In this document: positions 25,832 to 34,907 of the stretch, one piece after another
Layout of the letters: every line of letters starts with the position of its first letter
Position numbering within the stretch: the stretch's first letter is position 1
Source of the DNA: Deltaproteobacteria bacterium RBG_13_61_14
Lineage (GTDB): Bacteria; RBG-13-61-14
DNA: 53,843 bases
Direction of reading: 5' to 3'
Assembly (NCBI GenBank): GCA_001797815.1
Contig: MGQK01000130.1
Location: 22,213 to 76,055 of the forward strand
Position numbers and translations under genes: made by a program
The notes under the pieces: generated by a model
Databases searched by the model: none
Told to the model about the DNA's origin: nothing
What the model saw: the letters and a program-made list of their open reading frames with translations, nothing else

Positions 25832-26944
25832 ATGATGAGATCCAGAATTTCAAAGCAAGAGCAAGGCTTCACCCTGGTGGAGCTCCTGATCGCGATGGCG
25901 GTTTCCTCCATCGTGCTCCTGGCCGTATTCTCTCTGTTCTGGGCCCAGCAGCGCAGTTTCAAACAACAGTCCGAGTTAGCCCGGAACCAGGCCCAGTTGC
26001 GGGCCGCGCTTCATATGGTGGCCCGGGACATTCGCATGGCCGGATACTCCGGGATTGCGCTGGGCTTTGACCGGGAACCCACGCTCTACCCGATCCGGCC
26101 CTGGCCCATGGAAGGAACAACTGTAGTTCTGGATGATGGGACCCTGCTCCCGGACGATCCGAAATACGGCCAGTCCGAAGCCATTGAGGTCTGGGGCAAT
26201 TTTTTGCGTGAGACCACCACGATCGCGGGCCAACATCTCGGCGGTTCCAACACGATTACCATCAATAACCCGGGCCTGTTAGTTGACCAATATGTCAAAC
26301 GCATCTTGATCGGAAACGAGAGCGTGGTTTCCTATCACGAGATCACCGCGGTGTCGGGAGGAGACACGGTTGGCACTTTCACCATCAATCCGCCCCTGCC
26401 CGTGCCGATCGCCGACAGCGACGTGGTGGCCCCGATTATCCGGCGAATCTTCTTTGTCAAGCAGGAAGACCGGACTTCGGGCGCGCTCACCGAACCGGTC
26501 AACTTCCTAGTTCGGCGGACCTATGTGGCGGATCCCACGAAACCCCTCAATACGCGCTACGCCGCCACCAACACCTGCTTCATTGACGAGGAGTTGGGAG
26601 ATCATATTGATTACCTGAATGTGCGCTATAATTTAGTCGAACTCAATCCGGACAACAAGCCCAACGGCAACGTTGACACCTCCCCCGACACCGCCGGCAG
26701 CCAGACCAATAATCCCAGCAACCCCTGCCGGATCAGCTCCATTGAGCTGCAATTGGTCAGCAAGACCTGGGGCCCGCTCACCGCTCAAGGTCAAAAGGGC
26801 AACGTCCCCCTGACCCTGGACCACGTCCAAAAAATCCAGCCCCGGAACATCGGGCTGTCCAATTATGTGTGCTCGGCCACCCCGGCCCTCACCGCCTGGA
26901 TTGAAATCTCCTGTCCCACCAGCGGGACGACCTTTGGCCTGTAA
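25832..26944 (+). CDS. pilW: type IV pilus minor pilin PilW-like
   Basis: QGFTLVELLIAMAVSSIVLLAVFSLF...ARDIRMAGY. Confidence 0.8.
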   Translation: MMRSRISKQEQGFTLVELLIAMAVSSIVLLAVFSLFWAQQRSFKQQSELARNQAQLRAALHMVARDIRMAGYSGIALGFDREPTLYPIRPWPMEGTTVVLDDGTLLPDDPKYGQSEAIEVWGNFLRETTTIAGQHLGGSNTITINNPGLLVDQYVKRILIGNESVVSYHEITAVSGGDTVGTFTINPPLPVPIADSDVVAPIIRRIFFVKQEDRTSGALTEPVNFLVRRTYVADPTKPLNTRYAATNTCFIDEELGDHIDYLNVRYNLVELNPDNKPNGNVDTSPDTAGSQTNNPSNPCRISSIELQLVSKTWGPLTAQGQKGNVPLTLDHVQKIQPRNIGLSNYVCSATPALTAWIEISCPTSGTTFGL

Positions 26945-26960
26945 TGGAAAGGAGCCTGCC

Positions 26961-27494
26961 ATGAACATGTTTGCCCTGGTTCGGAAAGCCAAGCCGGAAG
27001 AAGGCGCCGCCCTGTTGACCGCGGTCGTGATCTTGCTCGCCCTCACCATCATGGGTTTCGCCATGATCCTGGTGACCAAAGTGGATCTGATGGTTTCCCG
27101 CAACTTCCGCGTGGCGGAGGAAGCCTTAAATGCCTCGGAGATCGGGGCAAGCATGTGCGTTCAGGTCGCGAACATCAATAAAGTGGAGATGATCATCGAC
27201 CAAGCCTATGGTTTATTTCCCGAGTCTACCCCGCTCAAAACCTCTGATGTCGAAGCCGGGGTCGGCTACTCCCATTGGGAGTGTCTGGTCACCAAAGAGG
27301 GGCTGGCTCCGGGCCGAAAGCGATCCTCCCTGGATAGTGCTGACACCAAGGTGGTTTATTACCAGTTTCGCATCCAGAGCAAAGGCCTGGGCCGGGCTCA
27401 GACCCAGAGGAACATTGAGACCCTGATCCGAGTCAAGCAAGTGCAACACCATGGCGATCCCGGATTCGCCCGCATCGCCTATCGCTACAATTAG
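26961..27494 (+). CDS. pilX: type IV pilus assembly protein PilX-like
   Basis: EEGAALLTAVVILLALTIMGFAMILVTKVDLMVSRNF (PilX N-terminal pattern). ATG 26961 is preceded by GGAAAGGAG. Confidence 0.7.
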   Translation: MNMFALVRKAKPEEGAALLTAVVILLALTIMGFAMILVTKVDLMVSRNFRVAEEALNASEIGASMCVQVANINKVEMIIDQAYGLFPESTPLKTSDVEAGVGYSHWECLVTKEGLAPGRKRSSLDSADTKVVYYQFRIQSKGLGRAQTQRNIETLIRVKQVQHHGDPGFARIAYRYN

Positions 27495-27542
27495 GCCGGA
27501 GGAACACCCAACTTTCGCTCTTGACTGGAAGGAGAAGATACC

Positions 27543-30500
27543 ATGAAAAACAAGACCTTCCTCAATGCCACGGTCGCCGGAGCCGCCGTCCTTTTCCTGG
27601 CCGGCCTGGCTCACGCCCAGTTCGCCGAGGTTCCGTTCTACGCCGGGAACCAAATCAAGCCCAACGTCATGATCATGCTCGATACCTCGGGCAGTATGGA
27701 GTGGGACATCAACGGCTGCACTGAGGGTAGCTACCGTTGCACCTACCTGGGCACCAACCGCATTGAGATCGCCAAATACGTGCTCACCGGCTCCGGCCAG
27801 ATCCCGGTCCAATTCGAGGGCTACAATGTTTACATGGGCGATCCCAACGGCCCTCTCACCGTGCGGGCTTCCCTGACCAACCCTTTCACCCGGATTCTCC
27901 GGATCAATGCTTCCTATCAGCCGGAGGAGAATGGAGAGTATTTTGTCTTCGCCGATTCCGATGACATTGGCTTCGGCGACTTCAGCAACGGCACGATAAT
28001 CAATAACTGCCAGGGGGGCAACTGCCCGTCCAGCGCGAACATGGACAAGGCGCTCACCACCCTGGACCAATACCTCTGGGCTCGGCAGATGTTCGAGCTG
28101 AATCTGATCGCCCGGTCCGACATCACCGACGGCGGGATCAGCAAGCAACGCGACATCTATACCGCCGTGCCTACCGGCGGCTCCCTCACTCCCCGCGACG
28201 CCTTTGTCCAGCATTATTGGGATGTGAACCGCACCGTCCGAGTCTTTCCGGTAATCTATATCGCCGAATGCTATTATTCGTGGTGGCGGTGGCGGGCCTG
28301 CTATCGGCCCGACCCTTCGGGAAACTACTTCGTCTTTTTTGACAGCGACGATTACGACGTCTCTGTCAGCGACCCCGATGCCCGGTTATGGGCGGTGGAC
28401 TTGCTCCTGCGGGATTACCTGGCTTCCAAAGGCACCAGCAGCTATAGATCTTACGGGACCGGAAACGTGTGCGGGGACTCGACCTCAAGTAATTGCCCGG
28501 ACGACGGCCGCAATGAAACCCGCGATCTTTACCAGTGGGTGGCTAACGGCACCGTCGGAGCGACGGTCTTTGTGAACCGGACTCCCACCGAGGATGAGGT
28601 GAGAGCCGCGCTGGTGGGGGGCATCCCCAAGGTTACCTTGACCGATGTGATTAACCCGGACGGCCGCTTCGGCCCGGACTTCACCTTAGACAACACCCCG
28701 GGCAATTCTACCCTCGACTATGCGGTCCGCATGGGCCTGGAAATCCCTCAGCCTTCCAGCACTAATCCCCTGAATTACATTGACTCCGCTTTCACCTACG
28801 TCAATACGGGCGTGACCTATCATTTCTTTGACGGCAAGGATGCGAATGGAGACGGCAAGTTCGACGGTATGACTTACGGCCAGAAATATTACGAGCTGGA
28901 CCCGGGCCTGCTCGACATCTACACCAATATCCGCTGGGGCCTGGCCAAGTTTGACAACGGCGGAAACGTAGGGGGTTCCAACTGCACGGGCAACAACACG
29001 GACTTCCTCAGGTGCGGGGCCAACCTCCTGGTCAGCCTGCCCGATGAATACAGCACCGGGATCAGCGCCGACGCCGCCCGCAATAATGTGCAGGATCAGA
29101 TCATCGCCTTATCCCCGGACGGCTGGACGCCCCTGGCCGATTCGATGCGCAACATGTATGAATACTTCTTTGCCCCCGCCTCCCTGGACGATCTCCTGGA
29201 CATTACGGGCCGCAACGACACCAATCCCACCATGTATGTGGACCACGAATGCGACCTCACGCCGGACGACCACATCGTCCAGGCCGATAAGGCCTACACC
29301 TCCACTACCACCGAAGGGAACCTGGGTTGCCGGCGCAACTTCGTTATCTTTGTCACCGACGGTGAACAGACCATGGGCGACGGTTGCACCGGCTTTGACG
29401 TCTCGAATTGCCCGCTCAGCACCGTGATCCCCCGACAGAAGTATTGGATCGAGCAGCTCAAGCAGGACGGCGACATCTGGCAAGGGGTCAAGGTGTTCCT
29501 GATCGGTTTCGCCCTGCAAGGCAACCCAAACGCCATGGCCCAACTTGAGGGCATGGCCGATGCCTCGAAGATGGATAGCGACGACCCCTATGACTATGCC
29601 TTTTACGCCAACAATGAGGATGAACTGAAGGCCACCTTGGCCACGATCTTCAACATCATCATGTCCGGGGCCTACACCCGGAGCGCACCTGTCCTGAATC
29701 CCAAGGAAACCGCGATCGTCGCCGGCTACTTTGTAGTCAATCCGGACAAGGTGATGTGGGAGGGCCATTTGGAACTGTATGACCTGACCCTGCTTGAGGA
29801 CCCGAACAACCTGGGCGGCCTGATGCCGGTGGCGGACGGAGCTTCGGTGCTCAACCAGACGAATTCGAACGACCGGGATATCTTCACCGCCCAGCCGGTC
29901 TCCGGCTCCAATAATTGGGCTTACCGTGATGGGAGCCTCGTCCGGTGGGACAAGCTGGACTTTGTGACCAGCCAGGCGTCCACCCTCCTCACCCTCCTCA
30001 GACCCGGGAACCAGGACGGCGATACCGCCCTGAACGAGGTGGAGGACGCCCGGGTGCTGATTTCCTTTATCCGGGGGACTGCTGAGGACAGCCCCCAAGT
30101 CACTTTTAAGAATGGCGACGAGCGCACCTGGACCCTGGGCGCCGTCAACCGCTCCATCCCCGTCATCGTGGGGCCGCCCGGAGGGGAGGCAGAGGAGAGC
30201 TTCCTTAAGTATGAATTTTTCCTGGAGAAATATAAAGATCGGCCCAGCCTGACCTACGTGGGCGCCAACGACGGCATGCTCCACGCCTTCTTCTTGGACG
30301 ATCCCGACATCGCCCCCGAGCAGATGGAAGAGGCTTTTGCCTACATCCCCTATGAGGTCTTGCCTACGCTCCGAATCCTCCGCGAGAACCAATGGTATTA
30401 CGTGGATGGAAGCCCGGTGGCGGCCGACGTGTTCCTGCCCCAGCCCCTCTGGATGGCCGACGTGGAATGGGATGATACCACCAAGCGCGCGGCCGCCGGC

Positions 30501-31850
30501 TGTGACGAGGTGGGCGGTGAGCGTTTCTGCTGGCGGACCATGATCGTCTGCGGCCTGGGCCAGGGCGGCCGGGACTACTTTGCCCTTGACGTTAGCGACG
30601 CCGACTCCACCTCGGCTTCCGATACCGGCACCTCGGCGGAGAAGATCCACACCTTCTGGGAGTTCACCGATCGCTATACGGTAGCCGGTGAGACAGACCC
30701 GCGCGACCGTCTCGGTGATACCTGGTCCCGGCCCTTCCTGGCCGAGCTCTGGTTGGGCGACGGCGACAGCACCTGGGTGGCCGCGGTCTTCGGCGGCGGC
30801 CAGTCGGCAGAAGGTGAAGACCCCGACATCGGCAACTACATCTACTTCGTCAACGCGGACGATGCCAGCATCCTCCGCCGCTTCATGGTCCCGGACAAGG
30901 ACGATCCTCATTGGTGGGACAAGGTGGAAGCCGGGCTCTGGAACGACGATCCCTCGAGTGGCGATTACTTCGCCAGTTGGAATAACCTGCCCAGCGATCC
31001 CACCGTGGTGGACGCGCCGCCCCAGGAAGGGCTGAGCGAACTCCTTTACATGGGCGATCTGCAGGGACGGATGTGGAAGGTGAACATGGCCAGCGGGGAT
31101 ACCACGGAGTGGGAACTGGGCCTGCTCTGGGATACCGGCGACCGCGAGGGCGAATACGCCGATGAGGAAGACTTGCCCAAGCCCTGTGATCCCCCCGCGC
31201 CCTGTGATCCCGATTATCCCGATTTTGACGCCCTCCGGCGCCCCATCTTCTATGCCCCGACCGTGATTGAGGCTCCGGAAAGCGGCCTCATCGTCATTTT
31301 CGGCACCGGCCACATCGAGGACAAGGTGATGGCCCGGGACGAGACCATGATCAATTGCATTTTTGCGGTCTGGGATAAGGACCCCGTTATAAAGATTGGT
31401 ACCGAGGACATTACCTCCTACGGAACCCTGTGGAGTGAAACGCAGCGCGAGGAGCATTGTCCAGGATGCATCGGCGACATCACTTACCCCTTCTGCTTCG
31501 AGCCGGGTGAGAAAATCATCACCAAGCCGAAGGTGGACGAGGGGGTGCTCAAATTCCAGACCTTTGTCCCCTTCAGCAACAATCCCTGTGCTAGTAGCTT
31601 CAACCCTTGTAAGCCTGGGGTTGTCCGAAGCTGGTATGTGGACTACCTGACCTTCCTAGGCATTTACAACCTCCCCGGAGAGGGAGGCAGGTATTTCGAA
31701 CTTGAGGATTTTACTACCAGCCGCTTCGCCTCGAGCAATTTAGGCGATCTTTACATGGTTCCCCCGGGTGGCATCGGCCTCGTCCCAACCCCGCCCAGCA
31801 AGGACTCCGACATTCTTTCCTGGGGCGAGGGAATCTCCTTCGACTGGTAG
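27543..31850 (+). CDS. pilY1: PilY1/PilC-family tip adhesin with N-terminal vWA-type MIDAS motif (1435 aa)
   Basis: Signal peptide. VMIMLDTSGSM (D47xSxS), FVIFVTDGEQT (T605-D-G), and the PilY1 beta-propeller hallmark YVGANDGMLHAFF (aa ~905). Position after pilVWX fits. Confidence 0.85.
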   Translation: MKNKTFLNATVAGAAVLFLAGLAHAQFAEVPFYAGNQIKPNVMIMLDTSGSMEWDINGCTEGSYRCTYLGTNRIEIAKYVLTGSGQIPVQFEGYNVYMGDPNGPLTVRASLTNPFTRILRINASYQPEENGEYFVFADSDDIGFGDFSNGTIINNCQGGNCPSSANMDKALTTLDQYLWARQMFELNLIARSDITDGGISKQRDIYTAVPTGGSLTPRDAFVQHYWDVNRTVRVFPVIYIAECYYSWWRWRACYRPDPSGNYFVFFDSDDYDVSVSDPDARLWAVDLLLRDYLASKGTSSYRSYGTGNVCGDSTSSNCPDDGRNETRDLYQWVANGTVGATVFVNRTPTEDEVRAALVGGIPKVTLTDVINPDGRFGPDFTLDNTPGNSTLDYAVRMGLEIPQPSSTNPLNYIDSAFTYVNTGVTYHFFDGKDANGDGKFDGMTYGQKYYELDPGLLDIYTNIRWGLAKFDNGGNVGGSNCTGNNTDFLRCGANLLVSLPDEYSTGISADAARNNVQDQIIALSPDGWTPLADSMRNMYEYFFAPASLDDLLDITGRNDTNPTMYVDHECDLTPDDHIVQADKAYTSTTTEGNLGCRRNFVIFVTDGEQTMGDGCTGFDVSNCPLSTVIPRQKYWIEQLKQDGDIWQGVKVFLIGFALQGNPNAMAQLEGMADASKMDSDDPYDYAFYANNEDELKATLATIFNIIMSGAYTRSAPVLNPKETAIVAGYFVVNPDKVMWEGHLELYDLTLLEDPNNLGGLMPVADGASVLNQTNSNDRDIFTAQPVSGSNNWAYRDGSLVRWDKLDFVTSQASTLLTLLRPGNQDGDTALNEVEDARVLISFIRGTAEDSPQVTFKNGDERTWTLGAVNRSIPVIVGPPGGEAEESFLKYEFFLEKYKDRPSLTYVGANDGMLHAFFLDDPDIAPEQMEEAFAYIPYEVLPTLRILRENQWYYVDGSPVAADVFLPQPLWMADVEWDDTTKRAAAGCDEVGGERFCWRTMIVCGLGQGGRDYFALDVSDADSTSASDTGTSAEKIHTFWEFTDRYTVAGETDPRDRLGDTWSRPFLAELWLGDGDSTWVAAVFGGGQSAEGEDPDIGNYIYFVNADDASILRRFMVPDKDDPHWWDKVEAGLWNDDPSSGDYFASWNNLPSDPTVVDAPPQEGLSELLYMGDLQGRMWKVNMASGDTTEWELGLLWDTGDREGEYADEEDLPKPCDPPAPCDPDYPDFDALRRPIFYAPTVIEAPESGLIVIFGTGHIEDKVMARDETMINCIFAVWDKDPVIKIGTEDITSYGTLWSETQREEHCPGCIGDITYPFCFEPGEKIITKPKVDEGVLKFQTFVPFSNNPCASSFNPCKPGVVRSWYVDYLTFLGIYNLPGEGGRYFELEDFTTSRFASSNLGDLYMVPPGGIGLVPTPPSKDSDILSWGEGISFDW

Positions 31851-31902
31851 GCCCAGGAGGGTTGACCGTCACCAGCTAACGCTGACCCGTTGATCCGAAA
31901 CC

Positions 31903-31932
31903 GGCGGGGTCGAAAGCGACCCCGCCTTTTTT
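31903..31932 (+). terminator. intrinsic terminator of the pil operon
   Basis: GGCGGGGTCG-AAAG-CGACCCCGCC followed by TTTTTT, 52 nt after the pilY1 stop. Confidence 0.85.
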
Positions 31933-31993
31933 ATGCCCTTCTTACCGCCTACCTGGAATGCCTCAACAACTTAGCATACGGTCCCCTTGAATC

Positions 31994-32058
31994 GGGCAGG
32001 TATCCAAACCTGCCCTACGTTAACGAATTGGTCGGGCACGATTGGATTCGTGCCCGAC
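31994..32058. repeat. REP doublet, copy C (variant stems)
   Basis: GGGCAGGTATCCAAACCTGCCCTAC (31994-32018) and GTCGGGCACGATTGGATTCGTGCCCGAC (32031-32058). Confidence 0.8.
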
Positions 32059-32093
32059 GATCTGTAGGCCAATCTTTTGAGTCCTTACACCTA

Positions 32094-32150
32094 CCGCCAA
32101 CCTCCAACCGCCAACTGTCATCGTCAACTGTCAACCGCCAACCGCCAACC
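32094..32150. repeat. tandem heptamer array CCGCCAA x8
   Basis: CCGCCAA CCTCCAA CCGCCAA CTGTCAT CGTCAA CTGTCAA CCGCCAA CCGCCAA CC. It ends 6 nt from the GH31 stop codon (32157-32159). Confidence 0.9.
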
Positions 32151-32156
32151 TTTAGC

Positions 32157-34622
32157 TCACTTATACGCGATCGTAAGAATCTCCGCCTGCCCCCGGTCCG
32201 GCATTTGCACGATCAAGACCCGGCGCGAGGCGTCATAGACCCATTCCAGGCCCGGCCCCCCGGCCGCCGGTGTCACCGCCGCCACCGCGGCCAGGCCGTA
32301 AAACTCCAGGCGGAAAGAGCGGGCGGCCGGAGTGTAAGCGCCCAGCGGGGCCGCGATCTGGAAGACCAGCGCGTCCGCGGCCGGCCGGACCGTGGCGGTG
32401 GTCCGCCGCCACTGGCCTTGCTCGTAGGCAAAGCTCTTCTGGTCATCTTCATACCAGGTGAAAGAGGACTCGCCCGCCCCGGGGTAGATCCTCAGGCTCA
32501 GCGGGTCCCAGGGCTTGGCGCCGGTGTGCGGCATGACCGGCGCCAGGGGGATGATCGCGCCTTCCCGGACCCAGAGCGGCAGGGTGTCGAGCGCGGTCGC
32601 CACCTCGATCCACCCGGGCCCGGGATAAACCTTGCCCTCTTTCCAGGAAACCCAGCGGCCCTCGGGCAGATAAACCCGCCGGCTCCTGGCTCCCTTTTCC
32701 ACCACCGGCGCAAACAGCAGGTCCGGGCCGATCAGGAACTGGTCGGAGATGGCGTAGGTGGTTTCATCCCGGGGGAACTCGAGCAGGAGCGGCCGCATCA
32801 CCGGCAGCCCGGTCCGGCTGGATTCCTCAAACAGGGCATAAATATAGGGCAAAAGCTGGTAGCGCAGCCGGATCACCTCCTTGGCGATCGCCTCCACCTC
32901 CGGCCCGAAACTCCACGGCTCCTGGTCCCCGGACAGGATCATGGTGTGGGTGCGGGCGAACGGATAAAAAGCGCCTTGCTGGATCCAGCGGGCATACAGC
33001 TCCGGGCTGGGCGAGCCGACAAAGCCGCCGATGTCGGCGCCCACGAAGGTCAGTCCCGAGAGTCCCAGGTTGAGGAGCATGGTCAGGCTGAGCGGCAACT
33101 GGTTCCAGTTGGAATAGTTGTCCCCGGTCCAGACGCAGGCATAGCGCTGGATTCCGGGGAACCCGGCCCGGCTGATGACAAAAGGACGCTCCTCCGGCTT
33201 GAGCCGGCGCAAACCCTCGTAGGTGCCCTGGCTTTCCAGGAGCCCGTAAACATTATGCACTTCGGCATGAGGAACCGGCGCATCCGCCGGGCCGTGGACC
33301 ATGTCCATCTCCCGGATCGGGCTCAGGCTGAGCATCAGGCCCCCCGCCCGCACGTCGTGTTTCCAGCCCGAGGGCTCGTTCATGTCGTTCCAAATCCCCG
33401 CCACTCCCGGGTCCAGAAGGACGCGGTGGAGGTCGCCCCACCAGGCCCGCACCTCCGGCCGAAGAAAATCCGGGTAAGAGCAGTCCCCCGGCCACACCCG
33501 CGCCCGGTAATCCGACCCGTCCAGCCGGCGGCAAAAATAGCCCTTGGCCACGCCTTGGTCATAGACAAAGTAGCCGGGCTGAACTTTCACCCCCGGATCA
33601 ATGATGGTGACGACCTTGAAGCCTTTCTGGCCCAGGTCCGCGAGCAAGCCCGCCGGGTCCGGGAAGCGCCGGCGGTTCCAGGTGAAGACCTTGTAGCGGT
33701 CCAGGTAATGGATGTCCAGGAAGAGCACGTCGCCGGGGATGCCCCGGCTGCGAAACCCGGAGGCGATCTCCCGCACCCGCTTCTCGTTCTCATAGCTCCA
33801 GCGGCTCTGCTGGTAGCCCAGCGCCCACAGGGGCGGCAGCGGCATCCGGCCCACCAAATTGGTGTAGCGCCGGATCACGTCTTTCGGCTCCGGCCCATAG
33901 ATAAAGTAGTAGCGAAGCGGCCCGCCCGCGGCCCGGAAAGTGTAAGTGGAGGAGTCGGACCGGCCCATGTCGAAATAGGAGTGAAAGCTGTTGTCGAAGA
34001 AAATGCCGTAGGCCCGGCCTCGGTTCAGCGCCAGAAAGAACGGGTGCGACTGGTAAAGCGGATCCAAATCCCCGGAATAGGGCTGGTCCCGGTTCCACAT
34101 CTCCATGGCCAGGCCCCGCTTGTCCAGCGGGCCGGTCTTCTCGCCGAACCCGTAATAGTGCTCGGTCTCCGGCATCTGCTTCGTGACCAGGACCTCCTCG
34201 CCCCTAAAGCCCAAGCCGCCGGGCTCCGCGTCTCGATGAAGGGGCCGGCCGTCCCCATCCAGGAAGACCAACTGGAGGGGATCGCGGTTGATCTGGATCA
34301 AGATCCCGTCGCCTTTCAGGCGCAGCCCTTGCCCGGATTCGTCCACCTCCAGTCCGGAAGCCGCGGGCGCGAGGTCAGCCAGCGCGTAAGACCGGACCGG
34401 CGCCAGGTTGCCGGAGCGGTCCGCCAGCACCCGGACCACTCCCGGTCCGACCTGGGCGAGTTCTACGGCGCCGGTTTCACAGCGGAGGATCACTCCGCCG
34501 GAGCCGGGCTCTATCGTTAACACCCGGCCCGGCCGCTCGATCTTCTCCTGGGCCGCGGCCGCAAAGGCGGTCAGCCAAACCACCAGCACAACCCTCAAGA
34601 ATCCTTTCGCCTCGCGGAACAT
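32157..34622 (-). CDS. glycoside hydrolase family 31 (alpha-glucosidase/alpha-xylosidase type), secreted
   Basis: GIWNDMNEPS (nucleophile region), VGADIGGF, FYPFARTH. Signal peptide from ATG 34622 (MFREAKGFLRVVLVVWLTAFAAAAQ) with GGGAGG 7 nt upstream. Confidence 0.9.
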   Translation of the reverse strand: MFREAKGFLRVVLVVWLTAFAAAAQEKIERPGRVLTIEPGSGGVILRCETGAVELAQVGPGVVRVLADRSGNLAPVRSYALADLAPAASGLEVDESGQGLRLKGDGILIQINRDPLQLVFLDGDGRPLHRDAEPGGLGFRGEEVLVTKQMPETEHYYGFGEKTGPLDKRGLAMEMWNRDQPYSGDLDPLYQSHPFFLALNRGRAYGIFFDNSFHSYFDMGRSDSSTYTFRAAGGPLRYYFIYGPEPKDVIRRYTNLVGRMPLPPLWALGYQQSRWSYENEKRVREIASGFRSRGIPGDVLFLDIHYLDRYKVFTWNRRRFPDPAGLLADLGQKGFKVVTIIDPGVKVQPGYFVYDQGVAKGYFCRRLDGSDYRARVWPGDCSYPDFLRPEVRAWWGDLHRVLLDPGVAGIWNDMNEPSGWKHDVRAGGLMLSLSPIREMDMVHGPADAPVPHAEVHNVYGLLESQGTYEGLRRLKPEERPFVISRAGFPGIQRYACVWTGDNYSNWNQLPLSLTMLLNLGLSGLTFVGADIGGFVGSPSPELYARWIQQGAFYPFARTHTMILSGDQEPWSFGPEVEAIAKEVIRLRYQLLPYIYALFEESSRTGLPVMRPLLLEFPRDETTYAISDQFLIGPDLLFAPVVEKGARSRRVYLPEGRWVSWKEGKVYPGPGWIEVATALDTLPLWVREGAIIPLAPVMPHTGAKPWDPLSLRIYPGAGESSFTWYEDDQKSFAYEQGQWRRTTATVRPAADALVFQIAAPLGAYTPAARSFRLEFYGLAAVAAVTPAAGGPGLEWVYDASRRVLIVQMPDRGQAEILTIAYK

Positions 34623-34907
34623 CTTGACCTCCCACTCTCGATTTGGCACAAGATTAAACAAGCCCCCGCGCTTTGTCAAACCGGGTTTCCAGTTTCGTGG
34701 TTAAGCCCGTTCGGCGGCTACTTGAAAAGAAAATCCTTTCTATGGTAAAAATGAGAATGAAAGAGACGGCGGTGAAGCCGAGTCCCGAGGGTTGAGCTTC
34801 CGGCCGCTAAAGGCGGCGCCTAGACTTGACGGCGCGGGCCGCCGCCACGGAGAAGCCGATTCCGCCAAAGCGGGAACACATCCAGAGTCCAGGAGTCTTT
34901 CATTCCC

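Noticed and set aside
29109-31457. Long antisense ORFs. Examples: 29109-31457 minus, 782 aa; 31890-34520 plus, 876 aa; 15391-17403 plus, 670 aa; 1240-2940 plus, 566 aa; 10298-11800 plus; 48139-49344 minus; 49354-50484 minus.
   Set aside because: Each lies opposite a gene with unambiguous family signatures (pilY1, GH31, RND/MFP, atpA, the secreted protein, uvrB). Their products are Arg/Gly/Pro/His-rich and low in complexity. These are typical shadow ORFs of high-GC DNA.
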